Part shown: positions 1-64,000 of the stretch, piece by piece
How the letters are laid out: each line of letters starts with the position of its first letter
How positions within the stretch are numbered: the stretch's first letter is position 1
Origin: Octopus sinensis
Lineage: Eukaryota
Direction of reading: 5' to 3'
Assembly (NCBI RefSeq): GCF_006345805.1
Contig: NC_042997.1
Coordinates: 137,392,001-137,456,000 of the forward strand
Length of the DNA: 64,000 nucleotides
The notes under the pieces: model-generated
Seen by the model: the letters and a program-made list of their open reading frames with translations, nothing else
Database searches by the model: none
Told to the model about the DNA's origin: nothing
Made by a program: the position numbers and the translations under genes

Positions 1-26
1 GGGACGTAACTTGTCGCTCTAACAAC

Positions 27-190
27 TAAGGAAGGAGGTTATGTTTTTATCGGTGTTGGTTTGTCCGTCTGTGTGCAAAATAACTCAAAAAGTTTAGAAC
101 GGTATTTAGTGAAACTTGCAGGAAAAGTTGGTAATGACACAAGGAATAGATGATAAAATATTGGTAGTGATCCGAGAATTCTTGAAGGAT
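27..190 (+). mobile_element. Non-autonomous Helentron/DINE-1-like (HINE-type) element fragment
   Basis: AAGGAGGTTATGTTTT...GTTTGTCCGTCTGT...ATAACTCAAAAAGT...GAAACTT...GATCCG resembles the HINE/DINE-1 5' core; pattern recall only. Confidence 0.45.
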
Positions 191-651
191 TTTTCATTTG
201 TTATATTTACTTTACATGGTTACATTCTTTGATTATCTCCCTTGAAAATACGTTCATAGTTTCCACGTAACCTAGGGTGACGTTGCTGATTCCAAAGTTT
301 GTTTTCGTTTCTCTATTAGTAATTTTACTCGCGTAAAATGACGTGTATTCAGCTGAATACAATTACTGCCGTTGTTTGTCAACAACAACTCTCGGCGGTG
401 TATTTTTCATTTGTCACTGTTATTTATGACATCGTTCGTGCGTTTGTACTGGTTTTAGCTTTAATGTTTTAGGGTTAGGGTTTTCTTCTTTTTTTTTTTC
501 AAGATGGAGAGTTATGGTTCTTTGACTATTTAATATCATTCCGTTTCAGTAAGGTAGCATTTTACAATTGTCATGCTGAAGTGACTTAGTTACCTTTCAC
601 ATGAAATTAGTGTGAAAAAAACTGGTAATCCATCTACTTGAGCCAACTCTA

Positions 652-1240
652 TAAATAATAATAATAATGAAATTATTGTATACAGTGCTCAGGTGCACCA
701 CAACTTGTCAGAAAGTGCATATAAAGTACATGCAGTAATGTAGAAATGTCTGGAAAGTGAACATGCTTGTGTGTGTATGGAGGGGAGAAAATCAAGTGTA
801 GTGTTGGCGAATTTCAGGAAGCATGGAAGTCTTGAAGGATGCAGTGCTCCGACAACTAACAACCGATGCCGGCAGTTTGTTCCACGCTTCAGCAACTCTC
901 AGCGTGAAAAAATGTTTCCTGAAGTCATGGGAGCTGTGCTGTTTTCTTACTTTGTAAATATGTCCACGGGTGTTAGATGGGTGGAGTTTGAAGAGGTGGT
1001 CAGTGTTATTGTTTGTGCGATGGTTGATAATTTTATGGGTGTCTGCCAAGTCAGCTGCCAGACGTCGGAGTTTCAATGTGTCCATGCCCAGGGAAGTAAG
1101 GCGTTCAGGATATGGCAAATGCCTGATGGAGGGTATTCTTTTGGTTGCACGTCGCTGAACAGCTTCCAGATGATTGATGTCATGGGCAAGATAGGGGTTC
1201 CAGACTGGTGTTATATTCCATTCATCCTGAGCGTCAAACT
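652..1240 (-). mobile_element. 5'-truncated CR1/L2-type LINE (ORF2 C-terminus, 3' UTR, (ATT)n tail)
   Basis: Minus-strand peptide ..VWNPYLAHDINHLEAVQRRATKRIPSIRHLPYPERLTSLGMDTLKLRR..NTRGH..RKHFFTLRVAEAWNKLP; tail at 652-675. Confidence 0.85.
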
Positions 1241-2334
1241 AATACACCTGTTTGTCATTCCCTTACCTGTCTTCGTCTTTTGTTTTCTGTAAATTTGAGC
1301 TTTATAGTTATGGTAGTTGATTTCATTTTCATGTTTGATCATATGTGATTCACCCATCTACCAATTTTCTAGCAAGGGTTAACTGCTCATGTGATAATTC
1401 TAGAAAATTCCTGCTACAACGGCTTTATAAGAAACCGTTTTGGGGCTTTTAATCAAGAGTTCAACTTCCCTTGCTTCAGTCATGATAATTCTAGGCTTAA
1501 ACTGTTTTTAAGGCTTCATATTCAAACCAGATCAATTCCTCCTAATAGCTACTTTCACAGCTAATTGCCAACTTGGAGATGATGAAAAAAATCAGCATCA
1601 TACATTTTTACAGCAATGTGCCAATCAGTTTAACCGTTAAGATTTCAACTCCTGCCCACATGTTCTTATAATTTAACTCTGTTTTTCATGAAGCCCTGTA
1701 CAATTGTAGCAATAAATATGTATATAATTTCCTACCAAGTCTTGTCATAACTACTCGCTACACAGTTGTTTTTAGAAAATGTATATTATTTACTATTACT
1801 GATGACATGTTTAACTGTTGGACTTTTCTTGTCTCTATTTACTAATAATGTCTAATCTCAGTTGAGTATAAGAACAATAATTAGTCATAAAGATGTTCTA
1901 AGATTATGTATATATCTCTAGACAACACCATTTTTGTGCCTGGCCTTGGAGTGTTAACATGTCTCAAGAATTTCCAAGTGACATTAGATTTTCCAAAATG
2001 AGACACTTGACCATATCATTCTTAAAATATTTTTTTAAACCATAACTAAAATTATTATTTGAAGGGCTACTTTTCAATGCTGGTATATGTTGGACAAGAC
2101 ACTGTGGCAGTATCCCATGACTGGATACCTTTTCCTATTACCAACCTTCTTTTTTATTTTTTATTTCAAGTACTATTTTTATTCCAGGTTGAACCATTAA
2201 GCTGTGGGAAATGTAAACAATTCTCATTGTTACCTACCTGCTGGGGTCATTGTGAAAATATGAACACACACACATATATACAACTTCTGCAAGCACACAA
2301 AAGTTGACATTAAAATGATATACGTATATACATA

Positions 2335-3140
2335 CATGGTGCTTGGGCTGAATTTGACAGTTTGCATAAAAGAAAAAGGAAACAACATCCCATCTAAAAA
2401 TTAAAAAGATAGCAACTAGATTATGACTGGGAGATAATAGTTGACTCAAAGTAGTCATTCTCAGCTTCCATCATAGCCTCAACATTGCTCTGGAACTTTG
2501 CACATTCATTCCTCACTGTCCCTGGGAAGATCTTTGACCTTAACCACCAGCTTGGTGTTGCAGGAAGAGCAGCTGGCATCTTTCTTAATCATGCTTCACA
2601 TACAGTAATCCATGGGATTACAATTGGAAGAATTAGGAGGCTAGAAATTGGGGATGGTGAAGATGTAGAAATTCTCCAACAACCACTTCTGGCTTTTTGT
2701 GGAGGTATGGCAAAGAGCTGAATCCTACTATCACACATATGGCCTTCCAACAGCAACTCTCTCCAGCCAGGGTTTGACCAGAATCTCCACATAACCATCT
2801 GGATTGGGTCTAAGGCCCTGTTTAAAGATGTGGGGTAGCATGATGTCACCCTCACTAGAGACACATCTAAAGATCATCACAGTATAGGGGAACTTGGTTT
2901 TCACAATGTTGATGTCTTATAGCCTTTACAGTATTCACAGAGCATTGAGCAGCAGTCATGATGGTTAGCATTTTGATACCCGACACAATATTCAGATGGC
3001 TTCCAGTCCTCCATATCAGCTAACTTTTTCTAAACTACAACTCTAATATGCTCTCCGATGCTGTTGACTGTCCACCAATACAAGCTGTTCCTGAAAAAAG
3101 AAGGCATAAAAAAATCGTCAAATTTAGCCTGAACACCCAG
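2335..3140 (-). mobile_element. Internally deleted Tc1/mariner-superfamily (maT/DD37D-like) transposon
   Basis: ~29-bp degenerate TIRs (CATGGTGCTTGGGCTGAATTTGAC / CTGGGTGTTCAGGCTAAATTTGAC), TA on both sides; decayed transposase VKPWLERVAVGRPYV***DSALCHT..PN*PPNSSNCNPMDY. Confidence 0.8.
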
Positions 3141-3689
3141 TATAAACTACAAGCACCACCATGTACATAAGTAGGAGTCACACCCCTTAGAGATCTGTAA
3201 TTATACATGTGGATCAGCAGCAAGCCTTAAAAGCCACCTTCAAGCCCATGACAAGAAGACTCTACAATGGTAAATAGAAAAATGATGGAAGTTCAAGATG
3301 TAGTACTTGGTGATGATGGGCTTCCATATAGTTTCCTATAATTATCAAATTTCAGTCACAGGGCACTGGTCAGCCCAAGGTTGTAGAAGAAACTTACCCA
3401 AGGTGCCATGTAATGAAATTACATTTGAAACCACGTAGTTGTGAAGTAAATTTTGTAACCACACAGTCACAACTGGATCTTGTTTAAAATACTAGTTTTG
3501 GTTGACTAAAGATCAGGTGACAAACCTTGGTAAGATATTTCTTAAAAATGTTCTTGTTATTCTCTGAGGATAAACTGGTGACATAATATAATAAAGTATA
3601 TATTTTAATTCTTTACTGCACTCTAAAATATGGTGGGTAATTTAGATAAATATTTCCCAAAACATCCCTTATCAGATGTATGTTTTATC

Positions 3690-4000
3690 ATCATTTAGCA
3701 TGTTTTCTATGCTGGCATTGATTAGATGGTTTGACTGGAACTGGTAAGCTGGAGAGTTGTACCAGGTTCCAGTCTGGTTTGGCTTGGTTTCTACGGCTGG
3801 ATGCTCTCCCTAAGGCCTACCACTCCAAGAGTGTTGTGGGTACCTTTTACATGTCAATGGTAGCGGCCATGACTACGATTTCACTTGGCTTGACATGTCT
3901 TCTCAAGCACAGCAAAAGTCCAAAAAACATGATCACTTGTCATTGCCTCCATGAGACCCAACCTCTGAAGATCATGCTTCACCACCTCCTCCTATGTCTT
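3690..4000 (-). mobile_element. RTE 3'-UTR-derived short repeat
   Basis: Reverse complement of the shared UTR (TTTCTACGGCTGGATGCTCTCCCTAAGG); further minus copies at ~11495-11700, 22560-22760, 23270-23550, 27130-27418, 59620-59960. Confidence 0.75.
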
Positions 4001-4815
4001 CCTTTTCCACAGGATCCCTCCATAGTTAGAGACCGACACATTCCCTCCACAGAGATTGACACAAATGTTTGTTTGAAATAAGTTACTGTTGTTGATAATG
4101 TTAGTTATGGAATACACTGTGTATGTTTCTGGTTTGCAACGTCCAACAAAAAGTTTGATATTAATAGATAACTTTTCTACAATCCTTCAAGTTAGCTTTA
4201 GTGGTGCTACTCTTGGAATCAATTCAAAAGGAAAATATTTCAGGTTTTAAATTCATAGGGAAGTGGGTATGTCTTTGCTTATACCATGTTGGTATTTGAT
4301 GCTGTCAAACCTACTACTACCTATTCCTCTCATAATAGAAATAGGTAGGAGCATAATACTGTGTACCTCCAACAAGTTAAATATGTCTCAAAATTAGTTG
4401 GAACCATTCTTCATACTCTCATTTCTTACCCATAGGCTGTTTCAAGTTTCAGAGCTGTTATAGATAAAACTAATCATGCCACTAACTGTGGTGGTGACTG
4501 TATCAATGCTATTTTGAACAATACACAGTAAGTCTTTAACTTTTCAATCCAATGTATCAGGTTTGATTAAAATGTTTGCAGCTGTGACTTACAATGAGGT
4601 TGCATGTCTTGGCTATTTGGATTGTATTGTCTGAAATTAATACTCATCTTCAATTTTAAATATTTACATAAATTGCTGACAAAAAATACATTTCACAAAA
4701 TGAAAATAAGACAATACCAGTTATGAAAATTGAAGCATTTTGATAAGTTTTTATCTCAATAGTATTTATATCTTTTATACATGTAAAATGTTTATAAATT
4801 TATGACAGTTTCGCT

Positions 4816-4837
4816 TTTATTGAAAGACAGTTTTATT
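4816..4837 (-). terminator. Candidate distal poly(A) signals (two AATAAA) of EEA1
   Basis: Two AATAAA at 4832-4837 and 4816-4821, followed on the minus strand by a U/GU-rich tract (~4680-4740). Confidence 0.4.
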
Positions 4838-5918
4838 CTTTTATACAGATTTTTGGAGATCAATTTCATCAATATCTTTCCAGAATTCTGATAAAGTGGT
4901 TGCGTTAAAAAAAATAAAACAAAATTATATTTTTATTTTCAAAAGTTAATGTGAACAAATAGAAAATAAAATTTCACTATTTTAAAAAAAAAGTGCCACC
5001 TCTTTTTGGCTGGTACTGTAAGTCTGGACAATTGCATGAGAAGTCAAAGAAGGGAAATTATGGTCAGGTGTCTTTACTAACATCAACAATTCCTCTATAA
5101 ACAGTAAATAGCAGAGTCCTGTGTCTTATTTAGCATTAAACATACTAATGTGAATTAGCAGTGGTATTTCAGTTTACAGTTTGGTAAACTGAGACAGAAT
5201 TATGTGTCTTGCTTAACATCACTTACACAAATGTAAATGTGGTGGAAGTTCTAAATTTTACAGTTGCATAATCTCTGAACAGACTTGAAGAGTTTAAACC
5301 TTTTAATACAAACTCACTTGAGACTGCCCTTACTAAAGTATTTCTATTTAAATAGAAATCTCACTCACAATCTCATCACAACATGAATAACATTGTAAGA
5401 TTTCAGTCAACACTAGTATATCTATAAATTTAGATATTTTTTAAAGTCCTTCCAAAATCTTGATTATACAGAGAATTAACTGAAACATACAGGCAGTCTG
5501 TTCAGTAAAAATATATCTATGAAAGGGTTAAAAGTCAAAATGTTATAGCTTGCACTCAGGATTTTTGGCACAAAAACTTAGCACTTAAACTACATAGCTG
5601 AAACATTGATAACAAGTATTTAACATTGTTATTCTAGAAAGAGGACAATGATATTGGCACAGAAGATACAACAATTGTCTAGATGCATTATGGTATTGTA
5701 GTTCCATGCATCTATTTTCTGAAGTCAAATCCTGGGGAAATTACATTGTATGTTAAATGTACAAGTTATCTTTTGATGTCAGGTTAATCTCCTATATCTT
5801 TCCCTCAACCAAAATAGTGCGGTGCTTTACCCACTCACTCCGGTATTCTTTCAGAATAGCTTTCAGACTAGCTTATTAGGTTCATTAGTCAAAGTTAAGC
5901 AGCATGTATTAATTAAAC

Positions 5919-5986
5919 CACACACACACACATGCATGCACACACACACACATGCGCGTGCACACACACACACACACACACACACA
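5919..5986. repeat. Uninterrupted alternating pyrimidine-purine tract, (CA)n with TG/CG
   Basis: CACACA..CATGCATGCACA..CATGCGCGTGCACA..; similar tract at ~57210-57280. Confidence 0.9.
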
Positions 5987-6281
5987 AAATATAATTTTCT
6001 TTGAAATAGATATATCACTGAAGAGGGAAAATAAGACTCACATGAGTACTTGGAATCATCTATGAAGATGTAAAAGTAATACTGAAGAAAATGTCAAACT
6101 TCTTAATAATAATATCTGAATGAACAATAATTAACAGGATTGAATCTACATTTTTAAAATAAACAATTTTTGTAACAGAATTTACTTGAAAGAGGTTGTA
6201 TGATTATCTTTACTGTAACTAAGTAACATTAGCAGGCGTCTATAATTTAGTATTATGGTAAATCATGCAAGGTAAAGAGTC

Positions 6282-6287
6282 TTTATT
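6282..6287 (-). terminator. Candidate proximal poly(A) signal AATAAA of EEA1
   Basis: First AATAAA on the minus strand, ~110 nt after the stop; chance occurrence is common in AT-rich DNA. Confidence 0.4.
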
Positions 6288-6396
6288 GAATTCATTCATC
6301 TCTTCAACAACTGAAAATATATTTCTGTGAAAATTAAAGTTAAGACACATATCATGCCAGAGCTGCAATGTAAGATAGCTAATCTGATGGATTTGA

Positions 6397-63258
<56,862 letters not shown>

Positions 63259-63364
63259 CTGTTAAAGAAATAATAAAGTATTTATAAAAATAATAATGGT
63301 GTTAGAAATATTAGTAAAATTAACTGTGCTTCCACCAATGGTGGTAGCTAAGTGAAATTGTAAT

Positions 63365-63655
63365 TGTGGCCAGTGCCAGTGACACATAAAAGGCACCTGT
63401 GCTGGTGACACATGACAGGCACCCATGTTGGTGACACATGACAGGCACCTGTATTGGTGACATGTGAGAGGCACCTGTGCTGGTGACATGTGAGAGGCAC
63501 CCATGTGGGTGACATGTAAAGGGCATTTGTGTTGGTGATACATAAAAGACACCCAGTACACTCTGTGGAGTGGCTGGTATTAGGAAGGGCATCCAACTGT
63601 AGAAACCAAGCCAAAAAAGACTGGAGTCTGATGCAACTCTCTGGCTTACCAGATG
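63365..63655 (+). mobile_element. RTE 3'-UTR-derived repeat with internal 26-bp x7 tandem
   Basis: GTGACACATGACAGGCACCTGTGCTG-type units at 63379-63555, then the conserved UTR. Confidence 0.8.
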
Positions 63656-64000
63656 ATCAAGATGATCTTAATTATTTTTAATGCAAGCTGTGATTTGAGG
63701 GATTTCACAGTTATTTTTTGTAGGTTAAGCCACCATGTAGAAGGGCTCCTTTGTTGGTTTGAGATGATGAAGATGGCAATGATGATTGTGACAATAACAT
63801 ATGAAAGCTGCAGCTAATGATAAATATTGTTATATGATGGTAACAATAGTGATTGTTTAATACTTCCAGAGATGCTCTGCCTGGAATGACAAAGTCACCA
63901 GTGCCTATCCAGACTAAAATTATAAAATATTAATGATTAAATATAAAATGTAAATAACTTCCAATTCCTTATGGAAATATATCTGTAATTCAGTAAAAGG

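Noticed and set aside
469-480. TTAGGGTTAGGG interstitial telomere
   Set aside because: Only two units, which is within chance or promoter-motif range.
63864-63913. Possible upstream EEA1 exon (WIGTGDFVIPGRASLE)
   Set aside because: Weak donor (gtatta), no coiled-coil character and no resemblance to recalled EEA1; cannot be tested without upstream sequence.

Overview
AT-rich, CpG-depleted, repeat-dense animal genomic DNA. The SINE/RTE families and very long microsatellites look like an Octopus-type coleoid genome, but that is inferred from remembered repeat families, not from a search. One gene dominates. EEA1 (early endosome antigen 1) lies on the minus strand, with 33 GT-AG coding exons traced by hand from 63258 to the stop at 6397. 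They join in frame to 3771 nt (1256 aa + stop) of long coiled coil ending in a canonical FYVE finger. The N-terminal part lies beyond the right edge. Introns hold tRNA-derived SINEs, RTE/CR1/R2-like LINE fragments, two internally deleted Tc1/mariner elements with TIRs and TA TSDs, two 220-bp TTAA MITEs, and mini- and microsatellites. The most notable unexplained structure is three intronic foldback (inverted-repeat) cassettes whose arms carry hammerhead-ribozyme motifs with palindromic helix III, the Penelope-like retroelement type. In each, the antisense arm is transcribed before the ribozyme, and one intact core is sense to the EEA1 pre-mRNA. Also found: a candidate 36-nt cassette exon with a perfect branch point, a candidate poison exon, and a pair of apparently duplicated 168-nt exons. 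All coordinates were counted by eye; repeat boundaries are approximate.
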